A DNA stretch of 64,000 nt from Acidobacteriota bacterium. Its GTDB lineage: Bacteria > Acidobacteriota > Thermoanaerobaculia > Multivoradales > Multivoraceae. Made by a program: the position numbers and the translations under genes. The DNA lies in contig JAPOVF010000399.1 of NCBI GenBank assembly GCA_026708285.1, forward strand, positions 46,669 to 110,668. The letters are read 5' to 3'. Shown here one piece after another: positions 1-9,471 of this stretch (position 1 is the first letter of the stretch; each line of letters begins with the position of its first letter). The notes below the pieces were generated by a model, which made no database searches, was not told where the DNA came from, and saw only the letters and a program-made list of their open reading frames with translations.

Positions 1-28
1 TTTCTCGTTCTGACCCGACGGCAACGGC

Positions 29-1075
29 CTAAGGGTTCCGCCACTCGATCCACCAGCCGTGCGGCGAGGCCCGGGCGAGCAACTCCGTCTCGCCGGCGCC
101 GTCGCGGTAGCGCGTCAGCGTCAGGCACGGCGGGTGGACGCCTTCGAGAGCCACGCGCCAAACAGGCCGTTCCCGGCTCCGGACCTCCAGCGCTTCCGTG
201 ATCCGTCGCCGGCCCTCGCGGGGAACCTGGTACATCGCGATCGTCGAGTAGACGACCAGCGCCACCTCGGCCGGGACACGCTCGACTAGGTGCGGCAGGT
301 CCCGGGAAGCGTCGCCGCGATGGAGGCGGATCGGGCTGTCCTTCAGTTCGGCCGCGGCGTCCACGAGCTGGGCGTGGCGCTCCACGTGCTCGGGCCAGAT
401 CAGCGCGCGCAGCCAGAGCAACTCATCCGCGTCGCCGAGGTCGATCGGGTTCAGGTCGATTCCGTCGCGGCTGGCTACCGGGATCTCCCGTGGCGGCGCC
501 GACGGTGTGCCTGGGCCGCGAAGATCGGCTTCGAGTTCGACCCGCGCCGCCTCTCTTCCCCAGCGCAGGACCTCGCTTCCGTCTCGCAGATACCGGTAGG
601 CATAACGATCGAAGTTCGAGTTCAGGCCGGCGCTGGCGCCGACATCGATCAGCGCGAGCGGCGCTCTGGCCTCGCGGTGGACCAGGCCGAAGGCGGGCAG
701 AAGGCAGGTGCAGCGCCGTACGACCTGGGTCTGGGTGCGACGAGTGGTGATCAGCTCCGCGACCCGCTCGCGGTGTTCGAGACAGAAGGCCCGGAAGAGC
801 GGGAAGGCTTCGCCCGGCGGCGGTTCCGGGTCCGACAGGATCGGGTAGTGCGCGGCCAGAGCGTGCTCGACTCCCTGCAGGAGCAGGTACTGCACTGCCC
901 CGAAGAGCATGTTCGGCGCCGGTTGACCTCGTTGCCGCCCCGCCGCGAGTGCCAGCAGTTCGCCGTCTCCCGCCACGCCCGCGGCGAGTGCCGCGTAGGT
1001 CGGCGAGTCGAGGTCCGGCGCTTCGACGCGGGCGAACTGCTCGAAGGCGGCGCTGAGGTCCGGATACGCGCTCAA
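29..1075 (-). CDS. DUF2332-family hypothetical protein
   Basis: 348-aa ORF. The motif LIDVGASAGLN and the overall composition resemble the uncharacterised DUF2332 family. No known function. Confidence 0.4.
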   Translation of the reverse strand: MSAYPDLSAAFEQFARVEAPDLDSPTYAALAAGVAGDGELLALAAGRQRGQPAPNMLFGAVQYLLLQGVEHALAAHYPILSDPEPPPGEAFPLFRAFCLEHRERVAELITTRRTQTQVVRRCTCLLPAFGLVHREARAPLALIDVGASAGLNSNFDRYAYRYLRDGSEVLRWGREAARVELEADLRGPGTPSAPPREIPVASRDGIDLNPIDLGDADELLWLRALIWPEHVERHAQLVDAAAELKDSPIRLHRGDASRDLPHLVERVPAEVALVVYSTIAMYQVPREGRRRITEALEVRSRERPVWRVALEGVHPPCLTLTRYRDGAGETELLARASPHGWWIEWRNP

Positions 1076-1174
1076 CGGCCGGCAACGCCTGGGTCGGCTT
1101 GCCGCGGCGCACGCAGCTCGACGGCGCTACCCATATGATGGCAATACAACGACAAGCAGCACTCTGGGGGACAC

Positions 1175-2884
1175 ATGATAGCTACCCGCAATCTTCTGGT
1201 CGTACTGGCGCTCCTCCTCGCGGGCTTCGTCCTGGTTCTGTTGCTGCCGAATGAACCGACAGGCGATCCGGCGGAAACCGGGACAACTCGAGTGGTCGCG
1301 AGCACCGACTACGCCGACCTGGTCTCCCTTTTCGGAGAGTTTCGTTCGTTCCAACAAGGCGACTCCGGCAACATCCAGTCCTATTCGCAGAGTGGCTGGA
1401 TCCTGTCGAACCTGGACGCCGCGCCCGATTTCTCCGCCACCGCAATGGCAGAACAATACGGTGACCTGGGGGCGTTTCAGACGCGGCTGGAGTCGATCGA
1501 CCCCACGGGTTGGACAATCTCGCAACAGGTTGATTACCAGCTCGTCCGGGCGGAGCTGAACGGTTACGAGTTCCAGCACCGGGTTCTCAGCCCATGGTCC
1601 AGGGATCCCGGCTTCTACAACGACGTGATCGCCACGTTCGCCTGGGTAGCCGAACCGCCTCTGCAGGGGAACGAAGTGGCAGCTCTGCAATCAAGGCTCC
1701 AATCGGTACCCGATCTGGTGCAACAGGCGAAAGCGAATCTCACCGACTTCTCGCTGATCGCCGCCGACATGGCCACTCTGGCCATTCTCTCCATCGGAGA
1801 TACCAGATCGGACTACCAATCGCTCGCACAGGGCCTGAGGATCCATCATCCGGAACTCGTGGCCGACGTGGACTCGGCGCTGATCGCGATCGACGACTAT
1901 GAGGACTGGATACGGTCCAACGAGGATCGGATGACGGGCACGATCGGCGTGGGCAGGGAGAACTACAACTGGCTGCTCAGGAACGTCTATCTGTTGCCCT
2001 ATACCTGGGACGACATTCGGACGATCGTCGAGCTCGAAGACAACCGCGTGATCACCTTTCAACGACTGGAGGAGAACCGGAATCGCGATGTTCCGCCCAT
2101 CGTACCGGTCGGGTCACAGGTCGAGTACAGGGAAGGCATCGAAGAAGCCGTCGATCACATCATGAGCTTCCTGCGCAACGAGGAGATCTTCACGGTGCAC
2201 GACTTCCTCGTGCCGGATGACTATTTCGACTCGCGACTTTTCGGAAAGGGGTATTCCCTGGAGGATCCCTGGCCGGAGAAGCACGATTACTTCTTCAACT
2301 TCTCTCACCGGGAAGCGGTGATGGAGAACACCCATGAGCTGGTCGGCCATCATTTCGACATGCTCAGAGCGCAGCGCGAAAGTCACCCGATCCGTGGCGG
2401 AGAACGCCCGTACAAGATCTCGACCGCTCGCGACGAGGGGCTCGCGTTCGCCCTGGAGGAGCTGCTGATGCATGCGGGATACCTGGACGGACGCAATCCC
2501 CACGGCAGGGAGATCACCTATGAACAGGCGGCTTTCCGCACCGTGCGCGCACTCTCCGACATCTACATGCACAGCGGCGACTGGAGCCTGGAAGAAGCAA
2601 TGCAGTTCTGTGTCGCCAATGCGCCGCACGGCGAGTTGCTGGATGGCAGCCACCATCTGTGGTTCGAACTGGATACGACGCTGCGCGGCGTGGGACATCA
2701 CATGCTCATGGTCCTGGGGAAGGTCCAGTTCATGAAAGTGATGCGAGACCGCGCCAATCAACTCGGCGACGACTTCAACTTGCGTGAGTTCCTCGATGAG
2801 GTCTACGCTGCGGGCCAGATCCCCTGGTCGCTCATGCGGTGGGAGCTGACCGGGTACGACGACGAGGTCTCACAACTGTGGTGA
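1175..2884 (+). CDS. secreted DUF885-family protein (putative metallo-hydrolase-like, HExxGHH motif)
   Basis: 569 aa with an N-terminal hydrophobic signal/TM segment (LLVVLALLLAGFVLVLLL). The internal motif HELVGHH matches the HExxPGHH motif typical of DUF885 proteins. Confidence 0.5.
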   Translation: MIATRNLLVVLALLLAGFVLVLLLPNEPTGDPAETGTTRVVASTDYADLVSLFGEFRSFQQGDSGNIQSYSQSGWILSNLDAAPDFSATAMAEQYGDLGAFQTRLESIDPTGWTISQQVDYQLVRAELNGYEFQHRVLSPWSRDPGFYNDVIATFAWVAEPPLQGNEVAALQSRLQSVPDLVQQAKANLTDFSLIAADMATLAILSIGDTRSDYQSLAQGLRIHHPELVADVDSALIAIDDYEDWIRSNEDRMTGTIGVGRENYNWLLRNVYLLPYTWDDIRTIVELEDNRVITFQRLEENRNRDVPPIVPVGSQVEYREGIEEAVDHIMSFLRNEEIFTVHDFLVPDDYFDSRLFGKGYSLEDPWPEKHDYFFNFSHREAVMENTHELVGHHFDMLRAQRESHPIRGGERPYKISTARDEGLAFALEELLMHAGYLDGRNPHGREITYEQAAFRTVRALSDIYMHSGDWSLEEAMQFCVANAPHGELLDGSHHLWFELDTTLRGVGHHMLMVLGKVQFMKVMRDRANQLGDDFNLREFLDEVYAAGQIPWSLMRWELTGYDDEVSQLW

Positions 2885-2898
2885 CACTGGCTGCCCGG

Positions 2899-3954
2899 TC
2901 AACGAGCGGCAGTTCCGCGATCTCTGAACGCTGAGGCGATCGACTCCCCGTAGGGCGGCCGGAGCACGCCGGCGTCGGTGATCAAGGCGGCCACCAGCTC
3001 CGCCGGCGTGACGTCGAACGCAATGTTCAGGGCCTCGGTGTCCTGGGGCGCGATCCGCTTGCCGAAGGCGTGGACCACCTCCTCGGCGTCGCGTTCCTCA
3101 ATCGGAATGTCCGCGCCGGACGCCGTGTCCCGGTCGATCGTCGACAGCGGCGCCGCGACGTAGAACGGCACGCCGTGACGGGCCGCGAGCACGGCGACCG
3201 GGTAGGTGCCGACCTTGTTCGCGACGTCGCCGTTGGCGGCGATCCGGTCGGCGCCGACGACGATCTTCTGGACCCAGCCGCGCGCGATGATCGCGCCGGC
3301 GCTGTTGTCGGTGATCAGGCGGTGCGGGATCTCGAGACGGCCGAGCTCCCAGGTGGTCAGCCGCGAGCCCTGGAGCAGCGGCCGGGTCTCGTCGACCCAC
3401 ACGCTGGCGAGCCGCCCCGCCGACCACGCCGCCTCGACCACGCCGATCGCCGTGCCGTAGCCGGCGGTCGCCAGGGCCCCGGCGTTGCAGTGGGTCAGGA
3501 CGCGGTCGCCCTCCTCGAACAGGCCCCGGCCGAACTTGCCGATCCGGCGGTTGGCGGCGATGTCCTCGCGGTGCACGTTGCGAGCCCAATCGAGCAGCCG
3601 CTCCCGCAGCTCTTCGCGCTCCCCGGCTTCGACGGAGCGTTCATGGAGCGCGCGCCCCTGGTCCAGAGCCCAGCGGAGGTTGACCGCAGTCGGTCGCGTT
3701 GCCAGCAGCAGCTCGTAGGCGGCGGCGAAGTCCCCGGCACCGAGCACCAGGCCGTAGGCCGCGGCAACACCGATCGCCGGTGCACCCCGCACGGAAAGAC
3801 GTCGAATCGCCTCGGCCACGTCCTCGGGACGCCGGCAGCGAAGCCACACTTCCTGCTCCGGAAGCAGGGTCTGATCCAGCAGCAGGAGCGCATCGTCACT
3901 CCACCGGATCGGCGAGAAGCCCTGTTCCGTCGCTCCAGGTGGCTCCACCGCCAT
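2899..3954 (-). CDS. mtnA: S-methyl-5-thioribose-1-phosphate isomerase (eIF-2B alpha/beta/delta family)
   Basis: 351 aa with an MtnA-like N-terminus (IRWSDDALLLLDQTLLP) and an eIF2B-family core (GAPAIGVAAAYGL). Confidence 0.8.
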   Translation of the reverse strand: MAVEPPGATEQGFSPIRWSDDALLLLDQTLLPEQEVWLRCRRPEDVAEAIRRLSVRGAPAIGVAAAYGLVLGAGDFAAAYELLLATRPTAVNLRWALDQGRALHERSVEAGEREELRERLLDWARNVHREDIAANRRIGKFGRGLFEEGDRVLTHCNAGALATAGYGTAIGVVEAAWSAGRLASVWVDETRPLLQGSRLTTWELGRLEIPHRLITDNSAGAIIARGWVQKIVVGADRIAANGDVANKVGTYPVAVLAARHGVPFYVAAPLSTIDRDTASGADIPIEERDAEEVVHAFGKRIAPQDTEALNIAFDVTPAELVAALITDAGVLRPPYGESIASAFRDRGTAAR

Positions 3955-3994
3955 GCGCGAAGCCTAGCCTGCTGCAGGTTGGCCTCCTGCTCTG

Positions 3995-4591
3995 TCAGAC
4001 TCCCTTCCAGAACTCACGATCGCGAACGTAGCGCAGAACCTGGATCTTCCCCGTGCGGCTGTACACCCGAACGGCAAACAGGTGGTAGCCGTCGGTGAGG
4101 AAGACGGTACCCGGGCTCGCGGTACCGGCGGGGCTGAAGGAAGCGATGTCGCTACGGCCGAACCGGACCGGATCGTCCAGGCGATCGAGTCGGCCTGAGC
4201 CGGTGAACTCCGCCGGCTCCAGGTCATCCGGAATGCCGAAACGCACGCCCCTGCCGACGTGAAGCAACCGTGCCGGCCTCCCGATCCTGGGATCCGTGCC
4301 GGAGTTCAGATCAGCCGTGCGCACGCCGTCACCGTCCCCGTCCGCGTAGAGGGAGAAGACGGGTTCCGCGTGGGAGTCCTCGAACTCGAACCGAATCGCA
4401 ACCGCCACACCGTAGCGGACCGCGCTGCCGCGCGCGGCCCAGAGGGCCGAGGCAACTTCGGCGGCCGCCAGACGCACTCGGTGCTGGGCGATCTGCTGGC
4501 GCAAGGGCGGCACCGCCAGGGTGGCCAGCAAGGCCAGGATCGTCGTGGCCACCAGCAGCTCGAGAAGCGTAAAGCCGGTGCGGTCCTTCAT
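3995..4591 (-). CDS. prepilin-type N-terminal methylation domain pseudopilin (GspH/FimT-like)
   Basis: Class III signal motif G|FTLLELLVATTILALLATLAVP follows a short leader. The likely start is the internal Met (MKDRTGFTLLE). Confidence 0.6.
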   Translation of the reverse strand: MKDRTGFTLLELLVATTILALLATLAVPPLRQQIAQHRVRLAAAEVASALWAARGSAVRYGVAVAIRFEFEDSHAEPVFSLYADGDGDGVRTADLNSGTDPRIGRPARLLHVGRGVRFGIPDDLEPAEFTGSGRLDRLDDPVRFGRSDIASFSPAGTASPGTVFLTDGYHLFAVRVYSRTGKIQVLRYVRDREFWKGV

Positions 4592-4675
4592 GCCCGCAAG
4601 CGCCGGCAGAGACATGGAGGCGGGCGAGAGCGCCCACCCGCCTCCATGCTGTCGAGCGCTACGGCTTCGCGCCGA

Positions 4676-5044
4676 TCAGGGGCCGTCGGTAGGGCCATCC
4701 GACTCTTCGTCGGAGTCCGTCTGCTCCCTGGGGACTCGCACCTTGTCCGTCAATGTCGTGTCCCCGTCGGTCGTCACGTAGGGCCGCATGCGCTCGAACG
4801 ATCGCTCGCCGATGCCGCGGACGAGCATCAGGTCCACGGCCGACTCGAACTTGCCGTTCTCCGTTCGGAACTCCACGATTCGCCCTGCCGTCGACGGCCC
4901 GACGCCGGGCAGGAGGGCGAGCACCGCAGCATCCGCGGTGTTGATGTTGACTACGCCTTCGGCTGCTCCGGCCGGCATCACTGCCACCAGGCCAAGCACG
5001 AGCACTACCGCCGACGCGATCGTCTTCCTTCTCTTCATCTTCAT
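4676..5044 (-). CDS. comEA: ComEA-like helix-hairpin-helix DNA-binding protein
   Basis: Basic N-terminus with a signal/TM segment, then tandem HhH motifs (VNINTADAAVLALLPGVGPSTAGRIVEFR ... LMLVRGIGERSFERM) typical of ComEA. Confidence 0.65.
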   Translation of the reverse strand: MKMKRRKTIASAVVLVLGLVAVMPAGAAEGVVNINTADAAVLALLPGVGPSTAGRIVEFRTENGKFESAVDLMLVRGIGERSFERMRPYVTTDGDTTLTDKVRVPREQTDSDEESDGPTDGP

Positions 5045-5487
5045 CTCCATTTGGTCCCGCAGGGTTCTCGTATTGATCAACTGCCATCACCGAGCAAGAA
5101 TCGCAATGCCGGGGGGACACCGGAGTGTCCCCCCGACCCCTTGCCAACTTGGCTCCCTGCTTTGCCTTGGGCACCTCCTTGCTCCCGATGGGTAGATGCC
5201 CGCTCTGCTTTCAAGTTCCCCGCCAACTTGAGCGAACCACGCAAGAGTTTTAGAATCAATCAGTTACAGAAGCACTAGGCAGAGCCCATTGGAGCATTTC
5301 GTCAAGCGACCTTGCCCCGTGCCAGCGAGCGCGGGCCGCAACCTCCTCACCTGGCAGGAGCTATGCCCGCGAGGACCGGCGTCAAGGGTGCTGGACCGAT
5401 TCCAAAACTCCTGACACTGCGACAGGGGTCGAACCGCCCCAGGAGGGCCACCCCGCGCCGGCCGGGTCGTTGTAGATTAGCCAGCCG

Positions 5488-6225
5488 ATGGCTAGCGGCC
5501 GGAGCAAGTCCCCAGGATCCCCAACCGGACGCCGAACGTCCGTGGCCCGCGAGTACCTCGAGGCGCTGATCGTCGCGGCGGTCTTCCTGGGCTTCACGAA
5601 CAACTTCGTCCTCAAGACCTTCTACATCCCCAGCGGGTCGATGGAGGACACGCTACTGATCGGCGACCACCTGTTCGTGAACCGGTACATCTTCGGGCCG
5701 CGCCCCACGACACTGGAGCAGAAGCTGCTGCCTGGCCGCGAGGTGCGGCGGGGGGACATCGTCATCTTCCGGTCGCCCGAAACGCCGAAGATCGACCTCG
5801 TCAAGCGCTGTATCGGCCTGCCGGGCGATGAGATCCGGATGGTCGACAAACGGCTCCTGCTGAACGGGGAGGAGGTAGACGACGGCGTCTACGCGGTCCA
5901 TCGGGACCCCCGAACGTACCCCTCCACGGGCCCGTTCGGCCCAACACAGCTTCGTCGCGACAACTGGGGACCGCTTCTCGTCCCCGACGACCACCTCTTC
6001 TGCCTGGGCGACAACCGTGACCACTCCCACGATTCCCGCTACTGGGGCCCGGTTCCGCTCTCCCTGGTCAAGGGCCGGGCGGCGATGGTCTACTGGTCGT
6101 ACGGAGGTGAGACGCCTGACGGCACCTGGCACGGCCTCGGTCACCGTCTGAGGCAGCTCGCGAACACCGCTCTCGGCTTCCTGACCAAGACCCGTTGGGA
6201 CCGGACCTTCAAGGTGATCAAGTAG
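5488..6225 (+). CDS. lepB: signal peptidase I
   Basis: Catalytic Ser motif GSMEDTLLIGDH and box E GDNRDHSHDSRYWGPV. Confidence 0.8.
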   Translation: MASGRSKSPGSPTGRRTSVAREYLEALIVAAVFLGFTNNFVLKTFYIPSGSMEDTLLIGDHLFVNRYIFGPRPTTLEQKLLPGREVRRGDIVIFRSPETPKIDLVKRCIGLPGDEIRMVDKRLLLNGEEVDDGVYAVHRDPRTYPSTGPFGPTQLRRDNWGPLLVPDDHLFCLGDNRDHSHDSRYWGPVPLSLVKGRAAMVYWSYGGETPDGTWHGLGHRLRQLANTALGFLTKTRWDRTFKVIK

Positions 6226-6884
6226 AGCGGCCCTTGCGGTACTGGTCGCGCTTGGGACTCCTCAAGCTGTGCCGCGACGGCGCGGACGTGCTGCTTGTCG
6301 CCGCCATCCTGGCGCTGTTCGTTCGCGCCTTTTTCGTCCAAGCCTACCGCATTCCCTCCGAATCGATGGAACCGACCCTGATGGTCGGTGATCATCTGCT
6401 GATCAACAAGTTCGTCTTCGGCGCCGGTGCCGGTCGCTGGGGACCTCTCGTGCCTCAACGCCCGGTGCGACCGGGCGACCTGGTCACCTTCCGTGGCATC
6501 GAGGAGCCCGCCCACGAGCTGCTCAAGCGCTGCGTGGCAACCGGCGGCACGGTGGTGGAGATCGATTCGAAGAGGCTCCGGGTCGACGGCCGCGAAGTCG
6601 ACGAGACGGCCTACGTCGTCCACTCGGACAGTCGGGTCTATCCCCGCTCGGAGTTCCTCCATGAGAGTTTCTGGCGCCGAGACGCCTACGGTCCCGAATC
6701 CGTGCCGGACGGGAGCCTCTTCTGTCTGGGCGACAACCGCGACATATCGCGCGACTCGCGCTTCTTCGGTCCGGTTGGAACCGAGCTGGTCCGCGGGCGG
6801 CCGTTCCTCGTCTACTGGTCGCGTGACAGGGAAGCGGGAAGATGGGCCGTCCGCTGGCGGCGCACCCTCCACGTTCCCCGCTGA
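6195..6884 (+). CDS. lepB: signal peptidase I (second tandem paralog)
   Basis: Motifs SESMEPTLMVGDH and GDNRDISRDSRFFGPV. Overlaps the upstream lepB by ~30 nt. Confidence 0.8.
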   Translation: MGPDLQGDQVERPLRYWSRLGLLKLCRDGADVLLVAAILALFVRAFFVQAYRIPSESMEPTLMVGDHLLINKFVFGAGAGRWGPLVPQRPVRPGDLVTFRGIEEPAHELLKRCVATGGTVVEIDSKRLRVDGREVDETAYVVHSDSRVYPRSEFLHESFWRRDAYGPESVPDGSLFCLGDNRDISRDSRFFGPVGTELVRGRPFLVYWSRDREAGRWAVRWRRTLHVPR

Positions 6885-6929
6885 TCCGGCAGCAAACCCG
6901 AGGGCCGGAGCCGCGGGCCCCTCGCCGGC

Positions 6930-7619
6930 TCAGGCGCCGACCTCAGCCAATCCAGCCAGGACCACCTCGGGGTCGGCGGCCCGGGTCAGCGGCCGCCCGA
7001 TCACCATCAGGTCCGCCCCGGACCGCAGCGCCGCCGCCGGCGTCGCGACCCGGCGCTGATCGTCGCTCCTGGAGTCTTCGAAGCGGATTCCCGGGCTCAC
7101 GAGGAGGAAGTCCGGCCCAAGTCGCTTGCGCAGGGAGGCCAATTCCAGCGGCGAACAGACGACGCCCGAGCAGCCGCTCCTCTCTGCTGCAGCCGCCCAG
7201 CCCAGGGTACGGGTCCCGGGCAGGCCCGGCAGATCCAGTTCTTCGAGATCTTCAGCCGCGAGATGGGTGAGAACCGTGATCGCGAGGACGCGGATCTCGT
7301 CGCCGCCTGCCTCGACGGCAGCCTCCATCATGCGCCGACCACCGCCCGAGTGCACCGTCAGGTAGGAGACACCCAGCTCCCTGGCCGCGCCGACCGCGCC
7401 CGCGACGGTACTCGGAATGTCGTGGAACTTCAGGTCGAGGAAGACCTCAGCACCGGTCCCGGCGGCCTCTTCGACCGCCGCACGCCCCCAACGCAGGAAG
7501 ACCCGCGGACCCACCTTCAACACGCCAACCCGCGGTCCGAAGAGAGAGCACCAGCGACTGAAGGTCTCGCGATCGTCGGTGTCGAGGGCCACGGCGACCC
7601 GCCTGAGCCTCCCGCTCAT
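6930..7619 (-). CDS. pyrF: orotidine 5'-phosphate decarboxylase
   Basis: 229 aa. Motifs VALDTDD, LKVGPRVF and DLKFHDIPSTV are characteristic of PyrF. Confidence 0.8.
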   Translation of the reverse strand: MSGRLRRVAVALDTDDRETFSRWCSLFGPRVGVLKVGPRVFLRWGRAAVEEAAGTGAEVFLDLKFHDIPSTVAGAVGAARELGVSYLTVHSGGGRRMMEAAVEAGGDEIRVLAITVLTHLAAEDLEELDLPGLPGTRTLGWAAAAERSGCSGVVCSPLELASLRKRLGPDFLLVSPGIRFEDSRSDDQRRVATPAAALRSGADLMVIGRPLTRAADPEVVLAGLAEVGA

Positions 7620-8557
7620 TCCTGCCTCGCCGCCGCTCCGACCAGGGAGCGGACCGACGCCACGCCCTCCGTCTGCAGGCGATCCCGGAGTCCATCCACC
7701 AATCGCTCGGCCGTCCTGGGGTCGCGGAAGAGCGCCGTGCCGACCTGAACCGCCGAGGCACCGGCGAGCAGGAACTCGAGGACGTCGTCTACCGTCTCGA
7801 CCCCGCCGATGCCGATCACCGGCAGGTCGACTTCGCGGGCGACATCCCAGACGATGCGCAACGCCAGCGGCTTGATCGCCGGACCCGACAGGCCGCCACG
7901 CACCGTCGAGAGCACCGGACGCCGGGCGTTCGTGTCGATCGCCATGCCGACGAACGTGTTCACCGCCGACAGGATATCGGCGCCCCCGGCACTCGCCGCC
8001 TGGCCCAGGGCTGCCGGCTCGGTCACGTTCGGCGACAGCTTGACGACCACGGGCTTGCCGGTCGCGGAACGCACCCGGCGGACCAGGCCGCAGAGGATCT
8101 CCGGGTCATGACCGAACTCGATGCCGCCCTTGCTCACGTTCGGGCAGGACACGTTCAGCTCGACCGCGGCCACGCCCGCATGGGGATCGACGCGCTCGGC
8201 AAGCCGCACGTAGTCGTCCTGGTCGTATCCGAAGAGGTTGACGATCACCTTCGGCGGCAGCCCGACGAGGCCCGGCAGAACGTCGTCCAGGAACCTGTCC
8301 ACGCCGATGTTCTGCAGCCCGATCGAGTTCAGCATGCCGCCGCGGGTCTCGGCGATCCGGACCGGCGGATTGCCCGCCAGCGGTTCGAGCGACAGTCCCT
8401 TCGTCACCAGGCCACCCAGTCGATGCAGATCCGCCCGCTCCGCGAACTCCAGGCCGTAGCCAAACGTCCCGCTGGCCGTCAGAATCGGATTCTGCAGCTC
8501 GAGCGGCCCCACCTGCGTCGACAGGTCCGGGCCGGATCCGCCGCTTTCCCTGGTCAC
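7616..8557 (-). CDS. pyrD: dihydroorotate dehydrogenase catalytic subunit (class 1B)
   Basis: Motifs LQNPILTASGTFGYG, VVKLSPN, LSCPNV and IGIGGV. The start is set at GTG 8557, abutting the pyrK stop; the annotated upstream extension would overlap pyrK by >100 nt. Confidence 0.85.
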   Translation of the reverse strand: MTRESGGSGPDLSTQVGPLELQNPILTASGTFGYGLEFAERADLHRLGGLVTKGLSLEPLAGNPPVRIAETRGGMLNSIGLQNIGVDRFLDDVLPGLVGLPPKVIVNLFGYDQDDYVRLAERVDPHAGVAAVELNVSCPNVSKGGIEFGHDPEILCGLVRRVRSATGKPVVVKLSPNVTEPAALGQAASAGGADILSAVNTFVGMAIDTNARRPVLSTVRGGLSGPAIKPLALRIVWDVAREVDLPVIGIGGVETVDDVLEFLLAGASAVQVGTALFRDPRTAERLVDGLRDRLQTEGVASVRSLVGAAARQE

Positions 8558-9381
8558 CAGACCACCTCCTCCAGATCGAACACCGGGCCGTGACGGCAGC
8601 AGAGCGCGTAGCCGCCCTTCTTGAGCTCCACGGCGCAGCCCAGACAGGCGCCGTAGCCGCAACCCATCGGTGTCTCCATCGCGGCCTCTCCGGCGATTCC
8701 GTGATCGGCGGCGATTCGCGCTACCGCGGCCATCAGACCGTGTGGGCCGCAGGTGTAGACCGCGCCGTACGCGATCTCCGCCTCCGGCCTGCCGGCCTCG
8801 AGCGTCTCAAGAAGCGCCTCCGTCACCAATCCGTGGATCCCCGCGCTGCCGTCCTCCGTGGTCATGACCAGCCGACCACCCGTGCTTTCGCTCAAGCGCC
8901 GGAACTCGTCCGCCTCGACGAGATCGCCCGCGGTGCGACCGCCGTAGTAGAAGTCGAAAGGCCTTTCGGCACCCGCCAGCGCCTCGGCCAGCAGACCGAG
9001 ACCTGCCGATCCGATGCCTCCCGCAACCAGGGCCGACCTGCCGCGAGCCGCTCCCGCCTGTCCCATAGTATGGAATCCTCGCCCCAAGGGCCCAAGCACC
9101 GGGACGTCCTCGCCGGCGGTGCAGGCAGCCAGCGCCTCAGTACCCCGCCCGATCACCTTGCCGAGCAGGGAGATGACCAGGGCACCTTCTCCGGCCGGCT
9201 CCTGGCCATAGACCGAAAACGCCCGTCTCAGGTACGGCTCCGCCTGGTCGGCCCCAGCCACCATGACGAACTGCCCGGGCACGGCGGGCTCCATGCCGTC
9301 CACCCGGATCCGCAGCAGGAAGTGCCGAAGAGGCAACGGCCGGACCTCGAGCACTCTCCCCGTCGCGTCCAGCGCCGCCAT
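8554..9381 (-). CDS. pyrK: dihydroorotate dehydrogenase electron-transfer subunit (FAD/2Fe-2S)
   Basis: C-terminal [2Fe-2S] motif CGYGACLGCAV...LCCRHGPVF and an FNR-like N-terminal domain. The real start is probably the internal Met (MAALDATGRVLEV) at 9381; the ORF as listed (to 9570) carries a 63-aa extension. Confidence 0.8.
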   Translation of the reverse strand: MAALDATGRVLEVRPLPLRHFLLRIRVDGMEPAVPGQFVMVAGADQAEPYLRRAFSVYGQEPAGEGALVISLLGKVIGRGTEALAACTAGEDVPVLGPLGRGFHTMGQAGAARGRSALVAGGIGSAGLGLLAEALAGAERPFDFYYGGRTAGDLVEADEFRRLSESTGGRLVMTTEDGSAGIHGLVTEALLETLEAGRPEAEIAYGAVYTCGPHGLMAAVARIAADHGIAGEAAMETPMGCGYGACLGCAVELKKGGYALCCRHGPVFDLEEVVW

Positions 9382-9471
9382 GGCGCGAGCGAGGGTAGCA
9401 CCCCATCGTGGCACCGGTCGAAAGCCGGACGCCGAGCCTGAGGCCGCGACAGCCCGGTAGAGTCCATCCCA

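Noticed and set aside
4259-5278. 339-aa plus-strand ORF overlapping the pseudopilin and comEA
   Set aside because: It is antisense to two genes with clear family motifs and has an Arg/Gly/Pro-rich composition.
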